In this document: positions 8,866 through 18,433 of the stretch, in pieces
How the letters are laid out: each line of letters begins with the position of its first letter
Position numbering within the stretch: the stretch's first letter is position 1
From: a virus
Strand: one strand, 5' to 3'
DNA: 49,926 bases
Virus genome (UHGV): UHGV-1353897
Program-made: the position numbers and the translations under genes
Notes under the pieces: generated by a model
Database searches by the model: none
Told to the model about the DNA's origin: nothing
The model's input: the letters and a program-made list of their open reading frames with translations, nothing else

Positions 8866-10059
8866 ATGAACGTCAAAACATTCAATATTCCGATCGACAA
8901 TGAAGGGTTGGTAGTTGAGCGATTGAAGAAGCTCGAGCGCACTGCCGAAAGGTTGGGTGTTCCGTTTCCGACTGTGACTTATGGTGAACCCTTCAAAACC
9001 CACACCCGCGACTTCACTGGTGAGATCCTTACCCACTGGTGGAAACCTGTTACTCTCGAAGGCGAAGGCATTGACCGCCCCATCTCTTATGGCGGCTGGA
9101 AGATCATCGGTCAGTTCAATCACGAATATCCAAAGGTTATTCTTAACCGCCTGTCCGACAACATCAATCCTGACTTCATCCGTCGCTTCGAGACAGAGAA
9201 CGTCTCTTGGTGTCAGCATTGCAATCTAGCCATCCGTCGCAAGAACACGTATGTGATTGAAAATGAGGAAACGCATACCCAGATGCTGATTGGTAGCACC
9301 TGTATGCATCATTATGTGCCTCATCAGAAGTCCCTTGACGCGATTATGTCTTACTATCTGGAAATCCAAGAGTTCTTCATGCCAGACGAGGACGACCCAG
9401 AGGGTATATATCGCGTCCAAAATGAGCGCTTCACCGACACCCACAGTTACCTGCGCGCATGCTTCCAGGTGATGCTGGCAGGCGTGGATATCAAGTCTGA
9501 ACTGTTTGACAAAGTACTGGGCTATGTCCGGTCTCACCAGAAACCAAAAGCAGGTTCCGATGAAGAGTATTTCGTAAACAAGGCACACGAATACCGTGAA
9601 GATGCCGAGTCGGAAATGTACCATATGAAGCTTTTCATCAGTGCGCTGTCCGAATCTAATGAGTTCAATGTTCGCCTGAAACGCATGTGTGAACCCGGCT
9701 ATCACCTCATCAAGGATAACAACACAGTCCGCTGGGGTGCCAAGAAGTATTACGATTACATCCATCGTCCTCGTACTGACCGCAAGGCGGAGAACAAATG
9801 GGTGGGTGAAGTCGGTGAAATGCTGGAAGTTCAAGTCAGGTTCGACAAGCGCACCTTCCTCTTCTCCAATGAATATGGTGATAGTTACCTGTTTACTTTC
9901 AAAACAGCAGAAGGCAATACAATTACCTGGAAGACCTCTTATATGGATACAGAGTTCTTGCAGGGCGATATGATCATCCGTGGTCGTGTCAAAGAACTGA
10001 CTGAGTACAACGGCGTTAAACAAACTCAGGTCACTAGAGCCAAATTGAGGAAATTATGA
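8866..10059 (+). CDS. hypothetical protein
   Basis: ORF track starts at TTG 8833; ATG 8866 preferred because of GAGG 6 nt upstream; protein-like composition; no recognised domain. Confidence 0.5.
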   Translation: MNVKTFNIPIDNEGLVVERLKKLERTAERLGVPFPTVTYGEPFKTHTRDFTGEILTHWWKPVTLEGEGIDRPISYGGWKIIGQFNHEYPKVILNRLSDNINPDFIRRFETENVSWCQHCNLAIRRKNTYVIENEETHTQMLIGSTCMHHYVPHQKSLDAIMSYYLEIQEFFMPDEDDPEGIYRVQNERFTDTHSYLRACFQVMLAGVDIKSELFDKVLGYVRSHQKPKAGSDEEYFVNKAHEYREDAESEMYHMKLFISALSESNEFNVRLKRMCEPGYHLIKDNNTVRWGAKKYYDYIHRPRTDRKAENKWVGEVGEMLEVQVRFDKRTFLFSNEYGDSYLFTFKTAEGNTITWKTSYMDTEFLQGDMIIRGRVKELTEYNGVKQTQVTRAKLRKL

Positions 10060-10172
10060 ATTTGATTGAGTTTGTTCTGAAGTCGTTCGCCTTTGGTCTG
10101 ATAGCATGTGGGATGATTACAGCTATGCTTCTCATCATAGCCCTGGTCATCCCCTTTAAGAGGAAACGCTGA
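10056..10172 (+). CDS. small hydrophobic peptide (38 aa)
   Basis: ATG overlaps stop of upstream gene (ATGA) with GAGGAAATT just upstream; single predicted TM helix; below ORF-track length cutoff. Confidence 0.3.
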   Translation: MNLIEFVLKSFAFGLIACGMITAMLLIIALVIPFKRKR

Positions 10173-10384
10173 TGGAATGTTCATGCGGAGGACAGGGCAC
10201 AAGTGCTTACCTGCCATTCACCACTGTGAAGGAAGCCGAAGCCGCCGGATTTGCCGTAAGCAAGGCTCCCTGTGTAATCGCCACGAAGGATTGCCCGTGC
10301 TGTAAGAGGCACTCTCAGGACGTCTTCTACGCCCCTGATGCGCGTCCGGCTACGGTCAACCTACTCTCACTGATGAGGAAGTGA
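10172..10384 (+). CDS. small Cys-rich protein
   Basis: 70 aa with CxC and CPCC clusters; start overlaps stop of preceding mini-ORF (TGATG). Confidence 0.4.
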   Translation: MECSCGGQGTSAYLPFTTVKEAEAAGFAVSKAPCVIATKDCPCCKRHSQDVFYAPDARPATVNLLSLMRK

Positions 10385-10583
10385 CATGCGCAAGTATTTC
10401 AATTGGCTGTTGGCAAGCCCCTGATGCGCTGAGATCCGTTGTCTAATCGATGCCATTGACGCCAAGGCTTGTTTACAAAGCCCTCTCCCGACATCACAAG
10501 CGCTAGATTAATCGCACAGAGGCTCAGGCCGAAATTAAAAATCGTGAAGAAGTCCACAAGGCTCTGGGTTTCATAACAAATAA

Positions 10584-10616
10584 TTCAATAAACTATTCAC
10601 CCATATAATACATGGG
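10584..10616 (+). promoter_or_regulatory. promoter cassette (TTCAATAAA box + hairpin-embedded -10)
   Basis: TTCAATAAA 10584-10592, 11 nt, TATAAT 10604-10609 within CCCAT/ATGGG inverted repeat; upstream of CDS 10638. Confidence 0.4.
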
Positions 10617-10637
10617 AACTTACAGAAGGAACAGACC

Positions 10638-10979
10638 ATGACTACACTCGTAGAAACATTATTCCCAGGCTGCGTACTTGGGCGCGGCGGATCCGAAGCC
10701 AACGGGCTACCGATTGACGTCGAACCTCAGAACTGTGTTATTGTTGACAAGTTTCACGACAACCACTATGCCCTGAACAATCGTCGTGACCACTATCTTG
10801 TTTCCGTAGGAGATTCTTTGGTCAGTCTGCGCATCTGCAAGGCTATGCCAGGATACGGCTATGGAGCATTCGCCTATATTCACAGCGTGTCAAATGACGA
10901 GCTGGGTAAAGAAGCCCTGGTTGAAAAATTCAAGAGTTGGAAGGATTCTTTCACCTCAATTGAACCCCCGAAGAAATAA
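10638..10979 (+). CDS. hypothetical protein
   Basis: 113-aa ORF; GAAGGAACA SD-like sequence upstream. Confidence 0.5.
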   Translation: MTTLVETLFPGCVLGRGGSEANGLPIDVEPQNCVIVDKFHDNHYALNNRRDHYLVSVGDSLVSLRICKAMPGYGYGAFAYIHSVSNDELGKEALVEKFKSWKDSFTSIEPPKK

Positions 10980-10996
10980 CTGAGGACTACACACTG

Positions 10997-11605
10997 ATGT
11001 CACTGAAAAACTTACTGAAACGCATCTTCACCACTGTTGAAGCCAACGTCACCACAAGTCTGGATAAACTGACCGACACCGAAAAGCGCCTGAACCTGGC
11101 TGCTCGCAAGCTGTCTGACGAAATCCGTCGCCTGGAGGAAGCCCGTGTCACCAACGTCCGCAACGGCGTCAAGCTGAAGAAGACCGCAGAACAGAACCTG
11201 AGTGAAGCCGCCAAGCGCGAAGAAGTTCTGAAGGATGCCATCGCTCGTGGTGTCACACCAACCCGCGCCGACGCCCTGATTATTCTGCATCGCCGCCGTA
11301 TCGGTGAAGCCCTGTTGTCTCAGGTGAAGGACATCGAAGCAAGCAGCGACAAACTGAACGGTGCGATCATCCAGCTGGGTGACAAACTGGACGAAGTCAA
11401 GTCCAATCTCGAGCTGGTTCGTGTTCAGAAAGAGACGAACGACCTGGGTCTGGTGCTCCCTGAAGATATCGATTATGCCGCTGGTATGACCACCATCGAT
11501 ATCGATGCCATCCTGCGCGAAACCGAAATCGCTGATTCGAGCTACTCCGCCAACAGCCCGTCGTCTATCGAAGCCGACAACTACCTCGCCAGCCTGAGCA
11601 AATAA
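10997..11605 (+). CDS. coiled-coil protein (PspA/IM30-like?)
   Basis: 202 aa, strongly alpha-helical heptad-like composition reminiscent of PspA/IM30; weak assignment. Confidence 0.35.
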   Translation: MSLKNLLKRIFTTVEANVTTSLDKLTDTEKRLNLAARKLSDEIRRLEEARVTNVRNGVKLKKTAEQNLSEAAKREEVLKDAIARGVTPTRADALIILHRRRIGEALLSQVKDIEASSDKLNGAIIQLGDKLDEVKSNLELVRVQKETNDLGLVLPEDIDYAAGMTTIDIDAILRETEIADSSYSANSPSSIEADNYLASLSK

Positions 11606-11619
11606 CATCAGAGGGGCTT

Positions 11620-12180
11620 ATGCCCCTCTATCACTTCGGGGATCTTATGAACATTATTGATTCTTTCAACATACTCACTGGTGCTACTGCTTTCGTTCTT
11701 TTGTGTATTGGCAGTGCCTGGCTGAGAGGTCGACTGAAGAAACGGGAAGTCTTGAAGCGAGACCGTGTTGACATCCACAAAATAATGCTGGATAGAACTT
11801 GCAAACATGGCCCCAGCGGTGACTTCCGTTTGTATTATTTGTCGGATGAAGTCACCCCTTCGGAATTCTTCAATTATGCGATGACTGGGTTGCATTGGCC
11901 GGAGATAAATGACGTTGTTCAGAAAAACGATTACGTGTACGTGAATATGGCTTCTCTGAACAAGCACGGGGAACGCGACGATCTGCGGATGTGGTTCTTT
12001 GGAGGAGAGGAACAAGAAGAGTTCGTAAAAGAACTTGCTCTCTTGCTTAACACGTACGAAAAGGCTGGTTGCCCACCACTCGAGGTGGAAGAATCAGTAG
12101 AATCTATCGTGGCTCGCGCTCGTGGTGAAACCGTGGATCTACTGAACAAATACGGCTTTGTCTGGGCGGAGGGTTCATGA
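11620..12180 (+). CDS. hypothetical protein (N-terminal TM helix)
   Basis: 186-aa ORF with hydrophobic segment near N-terminus. Confidence 0.5.
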   Translation: MPLYHFGDLMNIIDSFNILTGATAFVLLCIGSAWLRGRLKKREVLKRDRVDIHKIMLDRTCKHGPSGDFRLYYLSDEVTPSEFFNYAMTGLHWPEINDVVQKNDYVYVNMASLNKHGERDDLRMWFFGGEEQEEFVKELALLLNTYEKAGCPPLEVEESVESIVARARGETVDLLNKYGFVWAEGS

Positions 12181-12242
12181 TGGATACAGAAACATTTGCG
12201 GTCATTATCAGCCAAGCAAGATCCCACACCCGCCAATAATCT

Positions 12243-12285
12243 ATTGAAGTCCCCAGGGTTATAATAACAGCACATATAACCCTGG
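12243..12285 (+). promoter_or_regulatory. promoter cassette (ATTGAAG box + hairpin-embedded -10)
   Basis: ATTGAAG 12243-12249, 10 nt, TATAAT 12260-12265; 11-bp inverted repeat CCAGGGTTATA/TATAACCCTGG encloses the -10; upstream of ligase gene. Confidence 0.4.
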
Positions 12286-12294
12286 AGACACCAC

Positions 12295-13725
12295 ATGATC
12301 CCTATCCTTGAAACAGTCCACCGACTTCGCGAAACCAAAGGCAGCAATGCGAAGAAAGCTGTGCTGACCGAAGCATTCAAGAACAACCCAGACTTGGCAG
12401 ACTTCCTGCAATATGTCTATGACCCAATGACGTCGTTCTATCGGACTGAGTTGAAGCTCAGCGCGTACCCTCGCATGCTCGTCCGTGAGAAGACTGATGA
12501 CATCAGCGAAGTCTATGGCGTCCTCGACCAGATGGCGCAGCGCCTTGTCGGTGGCCAAAAGGCTGATGCCCTGTTGGCCTCTGTCGCCCTGAAGATGGAC
12601 CCCCAATACCACGAACTCATTCAGATGATCCTAGACCGTGATATCAAGGCGGGTATCGCTGAGAAGGGCATCAACGCTGCATTCAACGCCGCCGGAGGCA
12701 CTGGACGCCTGATCAACATTCTTCCGTATCATCGTTATGACAACATGACGATTGACCTGCTGAAGAAGATGGACTTCAAGCGCGGCGTCTACAGCCAGCT
12801 GAAGTCAGACGGCATGTTCGCCAACATCATATGTCGGTACAATAAAGAGCCTGAGATTCGCTCTCGCTCCGGTTCCCTTATCGCAGGTGGTTCGGTTGAT
12901 AACCTTTCACTGGTGTTCAAAGACCTGATCTACGATGCGGGGATTGGTGAGAGTGTGTTCCATGGTGAACTTCTCGTTGTTGACCTCAAGTCGAATACCA
13001 TCCTGCCTCGTGCTGTCGGTAACGGTAAACTCAACAGCGTGATTCAGACAGGAGAACCCCTAGAAGATCGTTATCGGGTGATCTACCGGGTGTGGGATGT
13101 TATCCCGTACGACAACTGGTTCAACGCCCAGCGCGTGGACACCCCGTATGAGCGCCGCTTCGATATTATCCAGCAACTGTTTGATGAAGACGACGGTCTG
13201 GTTCAGGTTCAAGAAACCCGCGTTGTTCACTCATTTGCCGAAGCCGTCGACCACTTCAAAGACGCGCTGGCTCGCAAAGAAGAAGGCACGATATGTAAGG
13301 CCGCAGACATGCCGTGGGAAGATGGTACTTCTTCTGAAGGTCTGAAGCTGAAGATGGAGGTTGAGTGTGACCTTGAAATCGTGGGCTTCAACGAGGCTGA
13401 CAAGAAGGGTAAACACGCCAAGACTTTTGGCTCACTGATTTGTAAAACTTCCGACAGCCTGCTTGTTGTTGGCGTATCAGGGATCTCAGATGAGCTGAGA
13501 CGCCATATGTGGGAGAACCAGGGCGACTACATTGGCAAGATCGCCGCAGTGCTCTCCAATGGCGTACAGGATAAGACCGATGATGCGATGAAGTCTTTGT
13601 TCCTACCTCGCCTTGTAGAAGTCCGCATTGACAAGAAAGTGGCCAACACACTGGATGAAGTCTATGCGATACAGAAAGCGTACATCGAAAACATCGCATT
13701 CCTGTTGGAGAAGAGTAATGGGTGA
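12295..13725 (+). CDS. 30: ATP-dependent DNA ligase
   Basis: Nucleotidyltransferase motifs: KSDG (motif I lysine), FHGELLV (motif III), EGTICK (motif IV), LKLKME (motif V); 476 aa, similar in size to T4 gp30. Confidence 0.85.
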   Translation: MIPILETVHRLRETKGSNAKKAVLTEAFKNNPDLADFLQYVYDPMTSFYRTELKLSAYPRMLVREKTDDISEVYGVLDQMAQRLVGGQKADALLASVALKMDPQYHELIQMILDRDIKAGIAEKGINAAFNAAGGTGRLINILPYHRYDNMTIDLLKKMDFKRGVYSQLKSDGMFANIICRYNKEPEIRSRSGSLIAGGSVDNLSLVFKDLIYDAGIGESVFHGELLVVDLKSNTILPRAVGNGKLNSVIQTGEPLEDRYRVIYRVWDVIPYDNWFNAQRVDTPYERRFDIIQQLFDEDDGLVQVQETRVVHSFAEAVDHFKDALARKEEGTICKAADMPWEDGTSSEGLKLKMEVECDLEIVGFNEADKKGKHAKTFGSLICKTSDSLLVVGVSGISDELRRHMWENQGDYIGKIAAVLSNGVQDKTDDAMKSLFLPRLVEVRIDKKVANTLDEVYAIQKAYIENIAFLLEKSNG

Positions 13726-13729
13726 GTGT

Positions 13730-13951
13730 ATGAGTTTCTGGTGGGCGAAGTTCTTGGTTGAACTTCAGATATCCGGCATCGTCTTCTTGATCGCCGTGAT
13801 CCTAGTTGCCCGTCCGGCGTTCAAGCAATGGCGCTGCAAACACAGCACCTATCGTGAGAACCATGCTTGCCATGCTATCTGCACCCATTGCGGGAAGGAT
13901 CTTGGGTTTGTGGGCACTGTTCGCAAGATGAAGAATCACAAAGAGGTGTGA
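13730..13951 (+). CDS. small membrane protein with Cys/His cluster
   Basis: ORF track 13628..13951 overlaps ligase; ATG at 13730 follows ligase stop and has GGGTGAG SD; TM helix then CxH...CxHC motif. Confidence 0.35.
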   Translation: MSFWWAKFLVELQISGIVFLIAVILVARPAFKQWRCKHSTYRENHACHAICTHCGKDLGFVGTVRKMKNHKEV

Positions 13952-13955
13952 TCTG

Positions 13956-14213
13956 ATGGACGAGCTATTCGCATTGGTGATTGCATTAACGTTCTTGCTG
14001 TCCTTGATTATCAGCTCGCTTGTGATGCTGCTGGTGTGGATAGCTATTCCCGAGATCAATAACCACAAGGCGCTCGTTGTCGTGATTATCCTAGGTCTGA
14101 GTGCTTCCCTTACTCTTCACTATTCCAAACAGGAGTATAATCCTAACAAATATTACAAGACATTAGCGGACAAGTATCATGAGTTTAAGAATGAAAGAGC
14201 TTCCGGTAAATGA
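13956..14213 (+). CDS. small membrane protein
   Basis: 85 aa with two hydrophobic helices. Confidence 0.45.
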   Translation: MDELFALVIALTFLLSLIISSLVMLLVWIAIPEINNHKALVVVIILGLSASLTLHYSKQEYNPNKYYKTLADKYHEFKNERASGK

Positions 14214-14433
14214 CAAGAAGTACATGTACAAGGTTCTGCTGAGCCTCGGGGTGTCACAATCTGGGCTGGCTCGTTTATTGGATTGTTCTAATGTTGTGAA
14301 CTACTGGGCGAAGGGTTATCGTGTTGTCCCCCGCTCCTTCCGTCGCTTCATCCTGGTGTTACAGTTCATCAAGAAGAAAGGGCTGATGGAAGAGTTATTG
14401 CAATTTATTAAAGAAGAGGAACGCAAATGCTAA
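14179..14433 (+). CDS. hypothetical protein
   Basis: 84-aa ORF overlapping neighbour; possible HTH-like segment; start uncertain. Confidence 0.35.
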   Translation: MSLRMKELPVNDKKYMYKVLLSLGVSQSGLARLLDCSNVVNYWAKGYRVVPRSFRRFILVLQFIKKKGLMEELLQFIKEEERKC

Positions 14434-15086
14434 CAGAGTGGCAGAAGATGGAGTTCGAGCGGGCGTTCAACGTTTACTGTGTCTTCATGGCGATCAAGCT
14501 GCACTTCACCACTAAGGACTTCGATTACAGCTTGTATGGACCTATGAATTACAAGTTCGAGACGTTCTTGGCGAAGGAGGCCGTGTGCAAACAGTTTGCT
14601 CGCCTTGCCCGTCGGTTCGAGTCATCACAGGGTGAAGTGGTAGAGAACTACATCATTGCCAACTTCATCAAATCACCCAAGACCTGGGTGACGACATTGC
14701 TTACACGCCAGGCTCAGGCCAATTATGATGAATACCGTAAGCTGTACGAGAACTTCACATATAACTTCCTTGAGGAGTTCGAGCGGGAGATGATCCCTGC
14801 CATAAGGGAGCGCAACTGTACCTTCATTGAGTACATCAAGGGGACGGGTACAGGTCATCCACCGTTGCTAACAGACATCATCATCAAGAAGTTCCCGATT
14901 TGGTTCCTTGTCGGTCTGAACAAGATCGTTGGGTTCATTCATCTATACGATACGATTCTGCGTGATGACATCTACTGGAACTCAGAGGCGTTCTTGCTCA
15001 GGAAGACGAATGCTGTGGTTCCGGATGAGGATACCACATATTCAAAACAGAGACTCCGTGAGCTAATACAAGCCCACGGAATCTGA
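14427..15086 (+). CDS. 59: helicase loader-like protein (T4 gp59-like?)
   Basis: 219 aa (T4 gp59 is 217 aa); FNVYCVFMAIKLHF..DFDYSLY resembles remembered gp59 N-terminal segment; memory-based and unverified. Confidence 0.45.
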   Translation: MLTEWQKMEFERAFNVYCVFMAIKLHFTTKDFDYSLYGPMNYKFETFLAKEAVCKQFARLARRFESSQGEVVENYIIANFIKSPKTWVTTLLTRQAQANYDEYRKLYENFTYNFLEEFEREMIPAIRERNCTFIEYIKGTGTGHPPLLTDIIIKKFPIWFLVGLNKIVGFIHLYDTILRDDIYWNSEAFLLRKTNAVVPDEDTTYSKQRLRELIQAHGI

Positions 15087-16673
15087 TTACCATTCCCACA
15101 GGATGCGGGAATTATCTGTTTTGTTCTCAGGCTCAAGATATGAGCTGTTGAAGTTATTGGTCGTGTTGATCCTCTTAGAAGCATCCACATTCTGCTGTAC
15201 TGGCATCACGACGCTGGCTGGAGGCGGTGAATAGCCGCCTTGTACTTGCTCAATATTAGACAGCGCCCTCCCTTGTGATGGCATGGCCCCGCCCAGAGTA
15301 CCACCCCCGATAGAACCATACGCAGCTTTCAGCTGAGAGGTGCGGTCATTAGTCATATTCTTGTCATCCGAAGACGCACCAGAAGGTATTGGAGTCAGCG
15401 TTTGTGGATCGATGTTCGGTTGTGCTGGCGTCTGTGGCTGCTGGGTCTCTGTCACATTAGGAGATGGATTCTCATCAGTGTCAATCAGCATAGACTGGCG
15501 AGCCTCATCCATCTTCTGCTTCGCAGTCTGTCCACCCAGAGCGTCAGGGATGATGCTGACGAACTTGTCAACGATATCGAACATCGCATTGGTGATTGTG
15601 TTCAGCATATTGAAGAAAGGTTTCTTCACATTTTCGGCAAATCCCTTCTTGATATCGTCAATGACCTTGTTGGCCACACCCATGCCCTCGTCGATCACAC
15701 TACTGATACCCCCTGTGATCCAGTCTACCAGCTTCATCAACTCGGACTGTAGGTTGTCTGCTAACTTGCCAGGGATATCCGTAAGAGACGTGTCTCTCCC
15801 GATCCCTGCAAACAAGTCGTTGCTAATCCAGTCGATAATACCATTCAGCCAACGAGCGGGAGCCTCAGTGATCATGAGGGTGTATTTGCGCAGGGTTTCA
15901 CCCGCCTCGGTATCAAAGCCAAAGATCTTGGACACCCAGTCAAATAGATCACCAAATCCACCAACCAGTTCTGATATCCCCGCCCGTACTCGGTCAACTA
16001 TCGTGACAGCACCTTTACCCAGGATCTCCTTCGCATCAATGAAGCCTTTACCGAAGTCCCAGATCATAGACAGGAGAGCCAGTGGGCCGACTTTCAGGAA
16101 CTTGAACACCTTCCCAAATGGGCCCAGAAGTTTGGTGATACCTTCTCCCAGCTTGGAGAACATGCCGAGGAAAGTCCCGACAACACCACCGATGATCTTG
16201 AACGGCTTGAGCAAGAAGCCCTTCAGTGCATTCAGGCCAAGCATGGCCGCCACCGCCGCCCCGATACCGGAGGAATCGTCTTTCTGGTCATCGTCTTTGG
16301 GTATAACAGAACCCGCCTGAGGATGACCACCCGTTTCTTTGTCGGTTTCCCCACGGCGCATCTCGTCCTTCTCACGCCACTTCTGGTCTTCATCAAAGAT
16401 GCGTGTCAACACTCCAACGATATGACCACCCGTGCGCCCAATCTTGTTTTCAATGCTAGACAAGCGAGTAAGGGTGTCATCGGAGTTCTTTTTCAGTTCA
16501 GCAACATCGTCACGAACCTCGATCATCACCCCGTCGATCATGTTCAAGAATGATCCCACGCGGACCAGAGACACACTCTGCTCGTCCATGCGCTTGAGGG
16601 TGTCATCATTGGCAGACTTCAGCTGGTCTGAGATCAGGTTAAGATACTCCAAGGACGTGTCATCTGTTGGCAT
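15087..16673 (-). CDS. tail tape-measure-like protein (gp29-like?)
   Basis: 528 aa, Gly-rich amphipathic repeats (GxxGxxK..), Gln/Pro-rich tail; last gene of a structural gene run. Confidence 0.4.
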   Translation of the reverse strand: MPTDDTSLEYLNLISDQLKSANDDTLKRMDEQSVSLVRVGSFLNMIDGVMIEVRDDVAELKKNSDDTLTRLSSIENKIGRTGGHIVGVLTRIFDEDQKWREKDEMRRGETDKETGGHPQAGSVIPKDDDQKDDSSGIGAAVAAMLGLNALKGFLLKPFKIIGGVVGTFLGMFSKLGEGITKLLGPFGKVFKFLKVGPLALLSMIWDFGKGFIDAKEILGKGAVTIVDRVRAGISELVGGFGDLFDWVSKIFGFDTEAGETLRKYTLMITEAPARWLNGIIDWISNDLFAGIGRDTSLTDIPGKLADNLQSELMKLVDWITGGISSVIDEGMGVANKVIDDIKKGFAENVKKPFFNMLNTITNAMFDIVDKFVSIIPDALGGQTAKQKMDEARQSMLIDTDENPSPNVTETQQPQTPAQPNIDPQTLTPIPSGASSDDKNMTNDRTSQLKAAYGSIGGGTLGGAMPSQGRALSNIEQVQGGYSPPPASVVMPVQQNVDASKRINTTNNFNSSYLEPENKTDNSRILWEW

Positions 16674-16736
16674 GCGGGTGATCTCACCGAGGCGTCAATC
16701 TTGCCTGCGATGTTCTCCAGTTCCCGATTGCCTTCG

Positions 16737-17033
16737 TTACCCCACATCGACAGTATCCTTCATCCATACGCTGAAGTCGCGGGTGAAGATCGGAGACATG
16801 CGAGCGAATCCCATGACGATCTCATTGACTGTCGGGATACGGATTTCAAATGGCTTGGACTCGGCCTTGGTGCCCTGTTTGGTGGCAGATTCCAGCTTGG
16901 CCAGATTCTTGTTCATCCGGTCAAGCTGTTTGTTGGTTTCATTCTGAGCGCGGAGTTGTTTGCGCTGCATCATCTCCGCCTTGATCTTGTCTAGAACTTT
17001 GACAACATCATTGTTCGTTGCTTCCTGTGCCAT
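16737..17033 (-). CDS. hypothetical coiled-coil protein
   Basis: 98 aa, Lys/Gln/Glu-rich helical; separated from downstream tape-measure-like ORF by 63 nt with stops in all frames. Confidence 0.4.
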   Translation of the reverse strand: MAQEATNNDVVKVLDKIKAEMMQRKQLRAQNETNKQLDRMNKNLAKLESATKQGTKAESKPFEIRIPTVNEIVMGFARMSPIFTRDFSVWMKDTVDVG

Positions 17034-17044
17034 GGGTCACCTCG

Positions 17045-18433
17045 TTAAACCTTCTGTGCTTGGCCTTTCTCAATCGCCTGAGGAGTAGTGGTGGAAGCAG
17101 TTGTCTGATTGGTCTGAGGTGGAAGCACCTGCTCCAGCAAACTGTCCTTGGCAATCTCAGCGATGCACTGATAATCTTTGGTCAGGCGGGAAATCTTGTG
17201 ACGCACTTTGGTCACGATATAGTGGCCTGTCGATAGCTTACTTAACTCTGCCAGGTTTTCGTTCTTCTTAGGACGGTTGGACTGGTCTTCGACGTAGAAC
17301 ACCTGACCGACGTTCAGGCGGTTATCACCAACGAGCAACACGCGCATCACAGTGCTGGCAAGACTGAAGTTGATAACACGACGAGCATAATCAATCTGCT
17401 CCGCTCCATCCGGCTGGGCTTCAATGTAACGGACGTTCTGACGATTGAATTCATCTGAGAACATCGGGAACGGATCAAGGTGAGCCGTCTCTGCAAACCA
17501 CTCAGTATAGATGCGCTGTGTTGGGGTGACTGTCTTGGTCTCAAAGTCGTAGACGCGCTCGTTCACCGCCAAGACATCGCGGTAGTTTGCCATGAACTGG
17601 TCACGCGCCAGCTTCTTCTCTGCCTTGATGATCGTGCGCATAAAGCGCTCAGAGTTGAAGTTGTTATCCTGCATGAGCGGCGCGTCCTGAGGATCACGGA
17701 ACAACTTGTTCTGCTGAGCTAGTTCCTGCTTCTCTTCTGCTGTCAATGACTGGCTACCCTGGTTGAACAACGTCGTCAGGCTCTTGAAGTGATAGCCATT
17801 GAAGTCTTCATAGAAAACGAATGGCATGAACAATTCGTCATAAGAACGGCTCGCCATATAATCAATAGATCGCAGCACAGGCCAGAGCGGGGTGGCGAAC
17901 CGCTCTTGAATTCCATATGACGGGTCGATGTCTTCGAACTTGGTGCGCGACTCCAACTGATTGAAGATTGTCTTTGCCATGTCAGAGTACGAACCGTCAA
18001 GACCGAGGGAGCATCGGATCATGCTGTCCTTATAGGCATCGGTGGTCACCATGTGCAACCAGAATGCTTTCTTGGACGAGCTGTTGGACTCATCAGCTAC
18101 GCGCCCAACACGCGCTACACGCAGGGAGAGAGTGGTGTATTCCGAGGCCGCCGGACTCTTGAATGACACCACAACTTCTTCACCACCCAAGATAGGCATT
18201 GTGTCAAGAATGTCCCACCCTTCTTTTATCAAGACATTGGCTGTAAGTGATGGAGATGACTTCCCTTCAAGACCCAGATCCTGGAAGACGTTGAACTCCT
18301 CAAACAACGCCGTCAGGTCATATGGCGTTGGTGATCCGCCCTGGGGTGTATGAGGGAGGATCGCCATATACTTCAGGTCAAATGTTGTTGACGGTGTTAC
18401 AATACCGTCTTGGGTCTCTCTGTTTTCGATCAT
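17045..18433 (-). CDS. putative baseplate/hub structural protein
   Basis: 462 aa in structural gene run; no motif recognised; assignment by context only. Confidence 0.35.
   Translation of the reverse strand: MIENRETQDGIVTPSTTFDLKYMAILPHTPQGGSPTPYDLTALFEEFNVFQDLGLEGKSSPSLTANVLIKEGWDILDTMPILGGEEVVVSFKSPAASEYTTLSLRVARVGRVADESNSSSKKAFWLHMVTTDAYKDSMIRCSLGLDGSYSDMAKTIFNQLESRTKFEDIDPSYGIQERFATPLWPVLRSIDYMASRSYDELFMPFVFYEDFNGYHFKSLTTLFNQGSQSLTAEEKQELAQQNKLFRDPQDAPLMQDNNFNSERFMRTIIKAEKKLARDQFMANYRDVLAVNERVYDFETKTVTPTQRIYTEWFAETAHLDPFPMFSDEFNRQNVRYIEAQPDGAEQIDYARRVINFSLASTVMRVLLVGDNRLNVGQVFYVEDQSNRPKKNENLAELSKLSTGHYIVTKVRHKISRLTKDYQCIAEIAKDSLLEQVLPPQTNQTTASTTTPQAIEKGQAQKV

Noticed and set aside
9226-10023. 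265-aa minus-strand ORF antisense to CDS 8866..10059
   Set aside because: Embedded in a plus-strand operon; composition (Phe/Cys/His-rich, no motifs) is consistent with a shadow ORF.
11012-11608. 198-aa minus-strand ORF antisense to the coiled-coil gene 10997..11605
   Set aside because: Almost exactly coextensive with the plus-strand ORF, which fits the local operon direction; treated as a shadow ORF.
15340-16320. 326-aa plus-strand ORF antisense to the tape-measure-like gene
   Set aside because: Ser/Pro/Ile-rich low-complexity translation of the reverse strand of a Gly/Lys/Asp-rich gene; no independent start signals.
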